Below, piece after piece: positions 1 through 13,162 of a stretch of DNA of 60,652 nt. The first letter of the stretch is position 1, and every line of letters begins with the position of its first letter. The DNA comes from Stylophora pistillata. Lineage: Eukaryota. Location of the stretch: contig NW_019218058.1 of assembly GCF_002571385.2 (NCBI RefSeq), forward strand, positions 331,193 to 391,844, in the 5' to 3' direction. A program made the position numbers and the translations under genes. The notes under the pieces were generated by a model, which was not told the DNA's origin, did not search any database, and saw only the letters and a program-made list of their open reading frames with translations.

Positions 1-177
1 AGACAAACAGACGGTCAGATAGTCTGTCAGTCAGTTAGTTGGAAAGCTTTTCTTTCAGAGGTGGACATTTGATAGTTGAATAAGTTATCATTCTTCAAAA
101 GGGGCCCTTGAGACAGTTTAAGCGAGAACAGCAAGATAAGGACATACATGTATTCGATACTTTTGATCCCTTTTCAG

Positions 178-3100
178 TGTTTGTCATTTTGGAGAGAATT
201 TGCAGCCCACCGCGCGGTAAGGAAATGGCAACAGTGGCAACGTGTTCGGGAAATTCAGCAGAAACTAGATAAAGGTAATAACAATCTCCTGTCTTCCTCC
301 GCCCTTACATGAAGTACTATCTTGCACCCTAATGGCTCTAGAATCGGTATTATTATTGGTGCTTTCTTTACATTTCTGGTCTCTTTATTGTATGATAAAC
401 TCCAGCTTGTAAAGTCATGTATACAACCGACTGTGATTTTGTTCTTAGACTATACCACGAGCAACATAGTAATTATGTGGCCCATTCGCCTGAATCACTC
501 CAAACTATTACCAGTCTAAGGAAATAATTGACAGTGTGGATTATTCGCCAGGTAAATTGTACCGCTCATTTCGCGCATGGAAATCATTCAAAAGGAGGTC
601 AGTAAAAGACAAGATTCTCAAAAACAAGGCTTTGGACCACTATGAGAAGACGCTGCTTGGTAAAGCCGTGTTCACTTGGAAAAGCTACATACATCTGTGT
701 TTTAGGATCAAGGCGAGTCTTGGTTGAGCTGTTTTTTTGTTTTTTTGCTTAATACAAATTTGAAAAATTTCTTCTCCTCACACACAGAGGATAATTTTTG
801 TATGGTTTGTTGGTCAACATATGTTCCCCATCAGAGTTACTAGGCAAAGCCAGTGCACACAACATGCTAAATGACTGAATAAATTAGAATTAGGTTGTGA
901 AAAGTGTTTTCTTTTAGATTCTGCAAAGGCAAAGCATGTGGCTTCATAATCGAAGAATTACAGCTGCGTTCTTCAGAAAATGGAAGAAACAGGCAAGTAT
1001 TTTAAGTTACCGTGTTGTCTATATTTCAGTGTCGCTGTGAGAGGGTCGCAATGGGGTTAACCGTTAGCCCTAAAACGGTAAAAAATTTAGCCGTCAGGCG
1101 TTAAAATTGACAAATTTTATCCGTTAGTCGTTAAAATGGAGGTAACCGTTAAAAAAAATTCTGGTGACAACAATAGAGAGATATTAACCATTGGCTTTAA
1201 ACTGGCCCAGATTTTAACCGCTAGCTGTAAAAAGCAATCACCCCAATGAGTCCCTCCATGTTCAGGACTTTTAGTATCTTATTCAGGAAAGGCGGATAAA
1301 CGAAGCCTACGACCATGAAAACGGCAGTGACGTGTTGTTGTAGAGGACTTGCACTAGAAACTTACAACGGCTCTCCCAAATTAACTAGGCTGCCTGGTTA
1401 AATCATTTCCAGTTTGATGATCGAGAAGAAGTACGAGCATTAATGAATTTTTTTGAATGCGTGGAAAGTTAGAGAGGAAGTATACTCTAGAAATCATATC
1501 AGTGATGCTATATCCAGGTAACCGGTAATTTTTGCTGGCTGTTCAAGCAAATGTTACCGGCTATTTCACTGGAACCCGGGAATGAAATATTTACCGAAGT
1601 CATCCAAATATCTCTCGTCCCATTCCAACCAATGTTGTGAAGATATCTATAACACGTTGCCGGTCTGAAAACACATCCAATGTTGAAGAAATCCTGCTTG
1701 TTTTGACCAAATTCATCCCTCGAAGTAACCTCGGGAAACGACTTCCGCCATGTTTCCTTTCCATTCTTCTCCCGGCCAAACTAAAAGCGCCTGCTAACAT
1801 AGCGTCCACACGTGGCAAACGTTAGAAAAATATTTTGGAATTCGGGGTAAAGTAACAAAGTTACCTGCTATTTCTTATTTTGTGCCTCCTATGAAAAACA
1901 ATAGCAAGAATCCTGCTCTATTTACCTCTAATAATCATGGATGTTCAGTTGCGACACTTATCGTCTTCGCAGCTTCGAAATCGTTTCTAACCTGATAACC
2001 TGATGAAATATGCCTTTGAAAGTAGAAAAAAAAAATGTATTAAGGAGCTACAAAAAACGTGCTGTTAAAATGCTGTGTTTTTACGATGACCAAAGCAGCA
2101 CGCAGCTGGTTTTGAGATGGTGATAGATTTTACCAGATAGGTGCAGGACTGTGGTGCAGGCTAAGCAGCGCCAGGTGGCCCCTGGCACCTTACTTTCGCT
2201 CTTGGGCGACTCGGGAATCTTAGTTTTTTCATAAAAAGCATAAGCTGGGCACTCTGGATTCACAGTTTCAGAGCACTGGGCTCCCTTCAATTTTTCTTAG
2301 AGCATAGCCTTGTGGGTGATATACAGCGCACCATAAAATCTCTTCAGTTTTATAAATAACCATAAAACTTTCCACCAGTACGCCAAAACAATTTGTTAGT
2401 TTATCTTGTGCTCAACAATTGTATGAATATATTCCACACCAGATTTTATGCTTTTAAGTTCACTGAATAACAAAAAGTACCAACTGTAAATTTCAGCATG
2501 GCGGTATAGTTTACGAAAAGAGACAGACAGTACAGGCTTTGTGGCATTGGAGTGTTACTCTGCAAAGAAAGGTGAGTAAGTATAAACATATATCAAGTAA
2601 TTTCAGTTTGATGGTCGAAAGTGTTCCTGTGTTTGTGTTGGTTTTTCCTGACTTTGGTTCGTGATTGGTTTTGAAGAATCGCGCCACCCTTCAACCAATC
2701 AATGTAAAACCAAAACCACTCGCCGCTTGGTTTTATGTTGAGTTGTCATTGGGTGTTTATTAAATTCTGGTTTTGGTTACACGACATGCAATCGAAAGGC
2801 GCTTTTTTTTACCAAGCTGAGCTCGCTCTATCAGTTTAGTGTTGGTCAATTCCTCTTCGTTTCTCTCATCGAATTACAAGAAAGGATGTCTCAATCAACT
2901 CGCAATAGATGATGTTAGTGCGGGATTTAAACCCGTGCCTCCCAGATATTAAAATTTGTTAAGCGCTTCTACCAACTGAGCTACCAAGCCTCATGATCAG
3001 ATTCCTTCACGGGAACGAGGAACCTACTAACACTTTTCTTGCTGCCAACATGTACATACGAAGCTAAATTGGTGTTAGCGACCATGCAGCTAGTACCCGG

Positions 3101-6100
3101 AAAAGCCAGCTTCAGGCATGTCAAAAATCAGTCAGGCGACAATAACCAACGCTTAATTTTTCGTACTTTTAAAGGCATTTTACGCCCTTTTGGAGTACGC
3201 AATCTTACGTAAGAAGAAAGCAGTTCGAATCGCCAGAGCTTTGGAAGTACGAAGAAACAGGCTTCTGCAAGCAGGTGTCAAACAGTGGATGAAGGTGTGT
3301 TGATTAGCTTTTTTTAGCAAAATAAGTTACAGTTTGACTTGCACATGATATACATGTACAAGTACAGCAATGATCCCCGCACTTTTTTAATTTCATTGGA
3401 GCACGCCTGCCAGAATCGTTTGCAACGTCCTATGTAAGATTACACTTCTTTAGTCTTTGTCTCGCATTTGTTATTTCATTATCATGTTCTCTCAGAGTCC
3501 CCCATGAGCCTCAGAGCTCACGTTTTTGCTGTGAGGTGCTCTACTAACTGAGCTTCCGCGAACTCCCATGTCAAGGGCGCTATATATCAAGATTCATATA
3601 TGACAAGAGGTGTGCCATACTATGGATACCAGCTGTAGAAAGCATCTTGTGTAGATGTAGATTAAAAAGATGGTAAATTCAGTTGAACGTAGTGGAATTA
3701 CGAATGAGATTTGTTAAGTATTTGTCATGGATGAGGGGTACATTTACTCGATGTGTTCGAATTCTAGGTTGGGTTTCACCTGGCATCAGAGAGGTCAAGG
3801 TTGGCTCAAGAAAGACAGCTGGAGGTAACGGCGTTTCTCTACTGGACATTATTTATCGAATGTATTTTACCTGTATTTAATTTGCAACTGTCTGCGATCC
3901 TTTGTTGGGTAGGTTGCTCAATCGTTACACCAGTGCGTGTATCGCTGTGCAATTCACTGGAGAAGAGTAACGGCCAATAGAGTTCGACAAAGAGGAGGGA
4001 GACCGAGGCCCAAACGAGTGATGAGTCCACAATTTGATGGACCAGGTACCACATCACTGGAAAGTTCGCACTCAGCGCACTCGATTCAGCCCTCGATATA
4101 CCGCTGGCAAGTTGACAGGTTCGGGAAAATACAGTCCTTGACTTTCCAAATTCTTTCTGATATTGGACTACCTTTTTTATGAAACAGTCTGACTAAATGT
4201 TCTATCAGTTCTAAAACTGAGTTAAGCGTTCCCAGAAATGTATCATCTGTTTGTGAGATTTATCGCGCTTGAGCTCTGTGAACAAAAGTATACTTCGTTG
4301 TGTTCAGATAGTACGGTGAACCGGAGCAATCTAATTGAAAGGTAAATTCCTTAGAGAATCCCAGTATTACAGAATGAGCAAACAAACTATTAAAACAGTC
4401 AGAGTTTTCTATGACAACATCCGTTTTTCTTTTACTTAGAATCGATACCATTTCTACTATGTTTCCTTGGAGTTAGCAAAGGATCTTCTACTGACTCGTA
4501 TTTCCTTGACCTTTTCGTGGTTATTCTTTTCTTTTTTTTCTTCTCCGGGGTGAGAATTAACGATTAAGAACTACAATAGACCTGTACCCTGCACTTTGTT
4601 TAGACACAGTAGACTTATCTGATGGTTATATATTTTCGTGTTGGTAATGTAGGATTGCCTCAGAAGCCTTTAAGGAGCGCCCCAAGCCAAGAAAACCTGA
4701 TTACTTAAGGGAGTCTTTTGACCTCGCCGAGATTTCTATGGCAACGAGCCTCTACCCACGCGTGTCGTCCGCTCGTATCACAGCGAGAGAGGAGGAGGAC
4801 GAAGCAAAACCTCGGACGTCCCCGCCTCGACCTTCCTATCTAAGGAGAACCATTATTCATCCCCACGAGATGAAAGCTGGGGAAGAATCCTTCATGTTTC
4901 CCTCGTCTTCAGGGGAAGAATCTTATTCCGGCAGAGAAGGGTCAGAAAGCTTAGTGACAGATGGGCGTGGTAAGTACCTCGATTTACTTTGGGGTTTGTG
5001 TGGATGTATACACTTTAGATGAGTATTTACATAGTTAATCTATCCAAAAGTCTTCTCTGAAAGCCTAATCCGAAAGAGCAAAAAAAATTTGGTAATTTTT
5101 TTCAGGCTCATCGAAAGCTGTGGTCCAACCCAAATTACAGCCTTTGCCTAAGCCAGTATCAAAACCCGCTCAAATTTCAGCTTCCGTTGCACCCACTATC
5201 CACATGAGTCCAACTGGAAGAGCAGAACGAAGAGCTGTGTTGTTACCTCCCTCGTCCTTCACTCTGCCCACTCGTGACAAAAGTAGTCCGCTGCAGCTCT
5301 CTTTGCCTGACGCAGCAGAGGTACGGGCCTCTTCCTCAACACATCCTGCCTCATCTCCCTGCACTTCCATCGAAAGCGAAAAAGAGGCGGCGCCTAGTCC
5401 TTCAGCAAAGGTTTCGCCGAGAAAAAACTCTGAAGACGAAAACAATGAAAATTCTGTTGGAGAGGTCAGTGAAGATGAAGACGCCAACGAAGAAGAGTTG
5501 GACAGAGAGGCTAAACGTGACAAATTTAAGCTGGATGTGAGAGAAGAAGCTCCGAAGAGCAGCTTGTTTGGTGAGCTAAAAAAGGAAGGGAATCTCCAGG
5601 AACGTGTTATCCACATGAAGAATACTCTACAAGAGTTTCACGACATGAAAGTGGCCTACAGGTAAATGTATTTTTGCTTTGCATCATGAATTTCTTCAGT
5701 AGGACTTAGGTCACTTTTGGGTAAAGACTTTCCAAACACTATAATAACAAGGAAGTCAGAGGTCAACGTCACTTGTTTTGCTTCTGTTCGCTGACGTGAC
5801 ATACAATTATAGCCAAACTATTTCAAACCGGTATCGTCAAATCCGTTGTTAAATCAAATTCACGCCGTGGTTTTTAAGTCTTACGGAGAAAGTAAACCTA
5901 TATTGAATAGGCGAGTCAAAGTACACACGCGGAGTAGACTAAAAGAGAAACACCACTGTTTAAATTTGAATTGACCTTTTATCAGTGTCATCGTGCGGAT
6001 TAATTACTTGTAGAACCCTATTCGCAAATCAATATGATTGTGACACGCTTTCCTCTTATTTTGTCAGTCACAAAAAGAAACAGCGCGATCAGCTGTCCGT

Positions 6101-6402
6101 GTGGGTTGAGGAACAGATAAAGGAGCTGGGACCGAATCACCAGGATGAGGAGCTGTTTCAAACACAACAGTGCTTGCTCGAGGTAATATCCCGGTATGAT
6201 GATTTGCACTAAAACAGCATATTGGCACTTTGTTATGTTCGATGTCATTTAACATTCAGTTTATCTCCATGGCGTTTTACAGTTGACTGTGGAAGTAAAC
6301 GAAATAGCCCAGAAAATAAAACGGAGGCGACCCCTGGTTGAACAAGTGGCATTGAATATCAGAGAACTGATACAGCAAACAGGACGCTGGGGACCGGGCT
6401 AG
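178..6402 (+). CDS. SFI1: SFI1-like centrosomal/centrin-binding protein, 3' portion (spliced; gene begins upstream of window)
   Basis: Exons approx. 178-274, 552-712, 918-992, 2497-2571, 3175-3294, 3769-3825, 3913-4118, 4653-4968, 5106-5661, 6068-6182 and 6282-6402 join in frame. Trp-spaced helical repeats (CLSFWREF, FRAWKSF, VFTWKSY, FFRKWKKQ, ALWHWSVTLQRK, CAIHWRRV) resemble SFI1 repeats, followed by a low-complexity region containing RPKPRKP and a C-terminal coiled coil. Stop TAG at 6400-6402. Confidence 0.75.
1039..1257. mobile_element. MITE-like element with terminal inverted repeats
   Basis: gagggtcgcaatgggg...ccccaatgagtccctc termini; internal repeated aaccgttag motif. Confidence 0.55.
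2915..3130 (-). mobile_element. Degenerate tRNA-derived SINE-like sequence
   Basis: Minus strand has A-box-like tggtagctcagttggtaga and B-box-like gggtttaaatccc, but no complete cloverleaf. Confidence 0.5.
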
Positions 6403-7130
6403 CTGGTTTATCCACTACTACTCGTGTATGTCAGCATGGTCGAGTCTACCAAAGCTGAACGTATTCTTTGCCATTTCTTACTTACAAATGGATACACAAG
6501 GATTGTGGCTAAAGAGAAACGACTGTGGGACAGACTTGCTTTAATAGAAAATAATAAATATCGAATGCCATGAGCAGAACTGAAAAGTAAACCAAAGCAG
6601 CCGGTGCAAGGTGCCATGTCTGCGTAAGGTAGACTAAACAAGAGACATTGTTGCAACTTTATACATTGATAGTGAACGATGGACACCGATCAGTTGTACT
6701 CCCAGAATACACTGCAATTAATTAAACATGAACAAGGAAATTAGACGTTCTCAGTTCTTCAAAATTCGAAAGGGGCTTCGAAAATACCAACTTATCAATT
6801 AAAATATTCATTGGGAGTCTTTCCTTAACGATTTCCCTTGCTTGTTCGTGAGCTGAAGTTTTCGAAATGTAGGTTGTCTCTTGAGTACACTAACAGTGCA
6901 TATCAACCTAAGATAATAAACACCACTATTCTTTTGATCTTGTTGTCAATGCGGTAAGTGTTTCCGAAGCTACCGTGAACTGTGTCTTCTGTATTGAATC
7001 AAACGGCTCTTTCGTTAGTATTTTTTATATTCTGAACCATCAAAGTGTTATCTTATTTAAATTTCTTGAAATTTAGCATTGAGATATTTTTGTCAAACCT
7101 TCCTCTGGGGAAATCTTGCTTGCGTATAAG

Positions 7131-10100
7131 TTACGTGACCACAATACCCCTATAGAGTACGTGACTACTATGTGAGTCAATCAAAGTTGGCCATATATGA
7201 TACTTAATCACAACAGATGTCATATCCGAGGTCATGAATCGTCCATGAAGTTTTTCAGAGAATTCCGTGGCTTCATACTCGATGATCATTGGTGGAGTCT
7301 GAACAGTCATCATCCAGGACAAGCGTACGCATTCGTCCATGTATTCCCTTAACTTCGGGCAATTTTGTAACTCGGGAAAGTCGTACAACGTGCCCCACAA
7401 CTGTTTACTGACCTCCTGTAAAAAAATAATGGAAAGTAATTAAGGTAAATATGAACTCGACTTTATACGAATCATACAAACTCTTGGTTGAGTGTTCTGT
7501 GTTGTTGAATGCTTGCTTGTCAATCTATTCCCGGGCAAGGATCAAAGACTATCCAAAAGACAAGATCTGCCCCCTTGCTAACCTCTCTTTTTTTTAGCTA
7601 TACGCATTGTACTTCTTGTGATTGCAAATTACCCTTTTGATACCGTCGATCTTTAACCGTGCTCCTGTCGTTCGAAAATAGTCATTGATTCGGTCTTGTA
7701 TATCCTGCGCGTGCTCTTCTTTGGTCTTCTCATCCGGGATATCCAAAAGCTTTTTAAGCTTGTGTTTTTTTTCTGCGAGTGTATGTTGTACCGTGCGGAA
7801 AGCCACCTGTGGGAATAATGGTAGTGTCCAATGCTAAATGAATCGTAAGCGTGCGTTTATCTCAAGGAAGACATGTCAAAGTGAACTGATGTTTGTTCAA
7901 TTGATCGATGACTACCATAAGACTACAATCAGAACAGATTTCTTTCTGCACCTCCAGACGATACGTGCATTTGGTGACACATGGACATCATCGATTTTTG
8001 TATTATATCGTAACAAGACCTACCCTAACTGAATGAACAAGATTGCACTTACCACTATAACTGAAAAGAGTATTTTGTTTTTAATATCGCTGTTCTCGTC
8101 CAGCTTTTCAAGCGATTCTACTTCGTCTAACTCGTCCATAGCGTCCAGCCTTGTCTGTGTATACAAGTTGTCATAGCGCTCTACCAGAAGAGACGGTCGG
8201 CACACGCCTGCAGAGAGATCCTCGAATTTCCCGCCTTTTTTGAGCTGTCTCTTTGCTTGGTCTTGTAATCTGAAAGATGACCAAAGGTTAGTGTAATCAG
8301 CAGTTCTTGTCCACTTATCGAGATTTTCGGTCTTTTATTTACCATTATCGGTAACACTGCTACATAAGTACATTTAAGAAGAGGGTTAGGCGAAGAGACT
8401 CTTCTGAATGACGGAAACGTTTCATCCGTGTTCTTGTTCTTCCCACCAAAAATGTTAAATGGGTTTACTCGTATTACCTTTCCATGAGATTTTTCTCCCT
8501 CTTTGATAAATTTCGAACCATTTCCTGTGCTGCTTCAAGCTCCTTTTGTTTCTCCTGCAGCTGTTTGAGTAAGCTGAACTGTTCATCGATCGGTGTTTGT
8601 GTAGAAACCTTTTCAGGTAGGACTTTGCTTTGTGTTGATTCTTTTTGCTGTTCATGGTCAGTTTCATTAGAGCTGCTCGGAGAACTCAGCGCGGAGAATT
8701 CTAAAAGAGGAATGTCATTTTGATGCTAATTGAAAATAAATTGTCATTGTATTGGAGGTTCCTTGATCAATACTATATTTTATTAGGATTTTTTGTATTT
8801 CATTTGTTTTTTTTTTCTTGGACATTACAAGGAGTACGTTCAACGAATTTTTATTGACCATAGCCAAGAAACACATGAAGCGAGAGAAGTATTTTCCAAG
8901 CTGGAAGTGATGTTTCTAAATCGATGAGAGTCTAGAGACCATGGAGGGGATACGCATGTATAAATCTGTTGATCGTCCAACACTTAACCCATCAATCTAC
9001 CCTCTACCAAACAAGCAGTATTGAGGAATCACACAAAGGAGGGTTTTGCTGGTACTCCTAAGATGTAGCGCTAAAGGATAGAGACTGCAAAGGACAGCAC
9101 TACCTGTTTCATCCAGTTGAGTGACAGTGTCAAACACGTCAGTGTCACTACCGCATCCTTCTTCAACAGCGCTGACGTCACCAGACTCCGGACCACTTGC
9201 CAGTGTACGGGTTATGGTGGGTATGTCTGGTTTCTCGCCACCTTTTTTGACCACGCCCTTGAGAGATTCATCGAACAACTGTAGCACAAGGCGGTGCCCG
9301 TGGTGAAATCTCTCGAGCAGCGGTAACACGTGCTCGTCACGTGATACTTTGAATTCTTTTCTTAACTGGCTAAGAAGCTGCAGAACCTTAATTAAGCGAA
9401 ATCACGTGATACTTTGAATTCTTTTCCTAACTGGCTAAGAAGCTGCAGAACCTTAATTAAGCGAAATAATTTGTAATTTGTATTTCTATTAGCCTGCCTT
9501 GCTGGTGGTTTTGTGTGCGCTACACCAGCCGTTTTAGTTTGGGGGGACGCTTACGTGACATCCTAAAGAACGGCCACGTAGGAGACCAACTTGCTTGTTT
9601 TCACGACCGCGGTGCGCTGCGCAGGCTTTGTTCATATCTGTTCTGAAATTCGCCAGTTGGTTCAACGGGAGAGGCGCACGCCACTGAAAATGTTGTTCAT
9701 TCTCATGCGGGATTGAATTAAGGCTTATGTCTTGCGAGCTAAGAGGCTTATCCTGGAGTTCATCCCGGCCGGTTGCATTAACTTAAAGCGACTAGGAGTA
9801 TTGCTGCCTATCCTAAGAGCTAAGGGGGAGCTTTTCTATCACGAAATGACCTTTCCCCCCCCTCCCGTTTCCCTCCCTCCCCTCTCAGTGAGCAGTTTAT
9901 CAAACTTTCCCAATAGGTCACGGATATTCAACTATTCACCTGGGTGGAAAACGGCATTTTGAGAGTTCATTGTTTGGCTAGAGGACTTGATATCTGTTCG
10001 GATTAAAGGATTACCTAACAGCTTCGTTTTCCCTGACGTATGTGCGCAACTGGTGCAATTCACTTTGGCATTTTTTTTTTGACATACTTTCATGATATAC

Positions 10101-11118
10101 CATTATTGTTTTTTAATTCTTACCATGGAATTTAACCCACCTCTTTATCGTGGTTTATTCGAACTTCCAACTTGTCTATCAGGACATGGATCAAAAGCTT
10201 GTCTCTCGAATTGACCTGTACAGCAGTTAAAAGCGATTGGTTGAAGAGCAATCTATCTTCGATAGTTTGTCCCGATAGTTTTCTCATGTAATGCGAAGTT
10301 TTTTCAGCCATGTCCGCTTGACTGTTTGCTGCAACGGCTGAAGAGAACTCTGGACTGTTGCATGGTGCTTTTGACGAAACTTCAGAGAGTTTTCGTAGAG
10401 CAGAGTTGTAGTGGCTCACAGCACGCTCTAATTCTGTCTTCAAAGCCTCTTCCATCTTCATGTGATAAGTCGCAGATGATCGTGTTATTGCTTCAAGCAG
10501 AGCATGATCAGCAAAGCCACTTAGAACCTTCGAAAACTGCTCTGCTCTCTGTACAAGCCGTTGATAAAGTGATCCGTCCATTTGTGTACAAATGTCAAAT
10601 ATGTTTCTTATGTGCTCTCTAGATCGCGCACTCGCAAATGTCTGGTTGTTGTACTTAAGAAGATCAACAAAATAACGAACAAGGTGATGTATGAAATCGT
10701 CGCCGTACAGCCCATGATCAGGAAGTCGTCCTTGGCGGTCGTAAAATATCTTTCTGAAAAGAGCTTCTAGTGAACCCAAACTGCTTGGAATATCACCGTA
10801 CAAACTATCGATTGATAAGTTGTCCATGATGAGAACTAGAACATCTCCTGGGATTTGGTTCACTATTCTGATCAATTCTTGATAATCTTTTCTCTCGATG
10901 CGTAAATTCACTTTTCCAATAACCTTTAGAACCAGTATTTTGCCATCCTGAAGAGGATCTTGTCCGGCTGTCGTAGCCGTGACATCAAAGCTTCGCCTCT
11001 TTTGAGTAGGCTTCGTCGGTGGTTCTAAAGAGTCCGCCATTTTGTCGGGAAACGAATTCGACCGGCCATGTCGGGAGTCGGAACGTGTAGGTGTCAAACC
11101 ATTTCGAGTTTTTGACAT
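7131..11118 (-). CDS. Mitochondria-eating protein (MIEAP/SPATA18) C-terminal-domain-containing protein, 6 coding exons
   Basis: Exons approx. 11118-10141, 9386-9104, 8700-8478, 8269-8052, 7806-7633 and 7415-7131 join in frame with GT-AG sites. A coiled coil is followed by RPSLLVERYDNLY..RLDA and CVRLSWMMTVQTPP...IWPTL...VLYRGIVVT*, the motif pattern of the MIEAP domain. Confidence 0.75.
9337..9466. repeat. 65-bp tandem duplication spanning a splice acceptor of the MIEAP-domain gene
   Basis: 9337-9401 and 9402-9466 are identical except for one base. Confidence 0.95.
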
Positions 11119-13162
11119 GGTGTTGAACGTTACGCTTAGTAGCTGTCTCTGTGTCTTCCTACCTTAACATATTTATAATGAAATTTGTCATCAAAAGTAC
11201 TCGTAGTCTGCTTAGTGATTTGCATGTCTCGCCAGGCTTCTGCAACATCTTGTTATTGATGGATGGGTTTTCTTTATGTTTTTTTCGCTCACACACACCT
11301 AAAATAAAAACCATGACATTAAATGAACAAGCAACCAGATCGGCAATCCATTCACGAATGGTCTCAATGTGTGTTTCAAATAACCGAAATGTAAATTTCC
11401 TTAGAGCTATTGTCGTACATTGTTTGGTGCCCAAGGCGACTAATGAACTGGTAACTTTATTTACTTTTCTGCTACTGTTGACATAGTTAAGAGCAAAGGC
11501 TTGCCGAGTTTGAATTCCTGTGTGAATGCCTTTTCATCGAAGAAAGTAGAAGGTTTGCTAATACTTTGATCTTGTAAGTGTAACAGTGACTGTACAGGTA
11601 TTCGTGCGAACCAAACTAGACCTGATTTACCATTTACAGTCTTTTTGTCGAAATCAGGTGCTCTTTTACTTTAACAGTTCTCATAACAGTTATTGGAAGT
11701 TTTCCCGTCAAAACATAAACAAAACAAATTAAAATAGAGAGGTAATAATCCAGGTTTACATTGAGGGCCGACTGAAAAGAAATCCTAAGTATATGGTGGC
11801 ACTACTCTTCCAAATCACGAGGTAGTGACCAACGTTAATTGGTTAACTGACCCAAGGAAGGTCGCCGTGAAACGTGAATTTTTTCGAAGTTGAAGAGTGA
11901 GAGTGACTTTGTATATGCTATAGTGATATTGTCTATTCCTCTAACGATAGTAGCAGGTTTGAAAGCAAACTTTCACCTCCGTTAGTAACCACTTGAAGAT
12001 TTATTTGCTACATTGTGGTGTACCAATGTGTTGTTCAGTCGAAGTGTCATCGGTTTATTGAATTAGTTCTGGCATTTGTGCTGGAGAAGCGACATTCACC
12101 TGTGGGTTAAAACCAAATACATCAACAGATCTGTATCTTGTGATATTTAAAACGATAATATTTTTTTCTCTAAGACAACGAAGAACAGTGCGGCACTGAA
12201 AGCGACCCCAGGTACTGATTTTAGTGACATTTAAGAATGGTTTTTACTTTTTTCATGTTATCATCTCAAAGGTCTCGATAGGGTTGGAAACAATTTCTGG
12301 TTCTTATGTGATATATCTGCAAATTTATATTTCTGAAAGGCTCAGTGGTGTTGTCAATTTTTAAACCATTTTTCTCTCGGGAACGTTCCCTACCACCTCG
12401 ACTGTCTTTCTGTGAAAGCCTTACGACTTTCAGTCAATGATTCCCTGCAAAGTATCTCGATGTATTGTACATCATTTAATACTTTTGCAGTTTTGCATCT
12501 TTCTATGATTACTGAAAGGTTTTATTTGGGCGTAAGTAATTAATTGTAATTAGTAGCTGGGCTGGCGACGCTATTGAAATCGCCCTAATTTGTTTATTGC
12601 TCCAAAGCATGTTTAAACAAAACCTATCAACCGCCGATCAAATTAGCATATACAACTGCTTTTGAAGTTGTATCAGTGAAGGAAAATTTGCCATGAAATT
12701 TCATGATATTCGACCGTAAAATTGCGACATCTTTTACGAATTCAGGTTTTTGTAAAAGTTATGTCTCTGAAGGTATTAACGTGGATTTATAGCCTTATTG
12801 ATGCTAAATAGTTTGCTTTTCGTAGACCGTACCTAAAGTCGGGTCCTCGAGGAGTCATAACAATGCAAGTCCTTGAGGTTTAGTGTTTTTTTCAATGATC
12901 TTTTTGTGAAGAGATTCAAGTAGTCACCAAGCATATATTCAATCGTTTTCCCGCCTTTGCCTTAACACGTCCTTGTAAATTAATTCAAATCAGTGCCTTT
13001 ACTTTCATTGCTTTACTTTTAGGTCGGCCTGTATTGTCAATTATCTTAGGCAGAAGGTATTCGCATTCCGTCAGATGACTCGAATACTCAGCTGTATGAA
13101 TAAGCTCTACAATGATTTTATCTCCCACCAGCAGCTTGTGAAGCGGAACAGCTGAACCAGTT

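Noticed and set aside
2915-2990. Possible tRNA gene
   Set aside because: Only A/B-box remnants and no intact cloverleaf; treated as a SINE-like relic.
5170-5616. Long antisense ORFs over SFI1 and HSPA12 exons (also 13609-13980, 26882-27166, 27218-27601)
   Set aside because: Shadows of real coding exons with no independent support.
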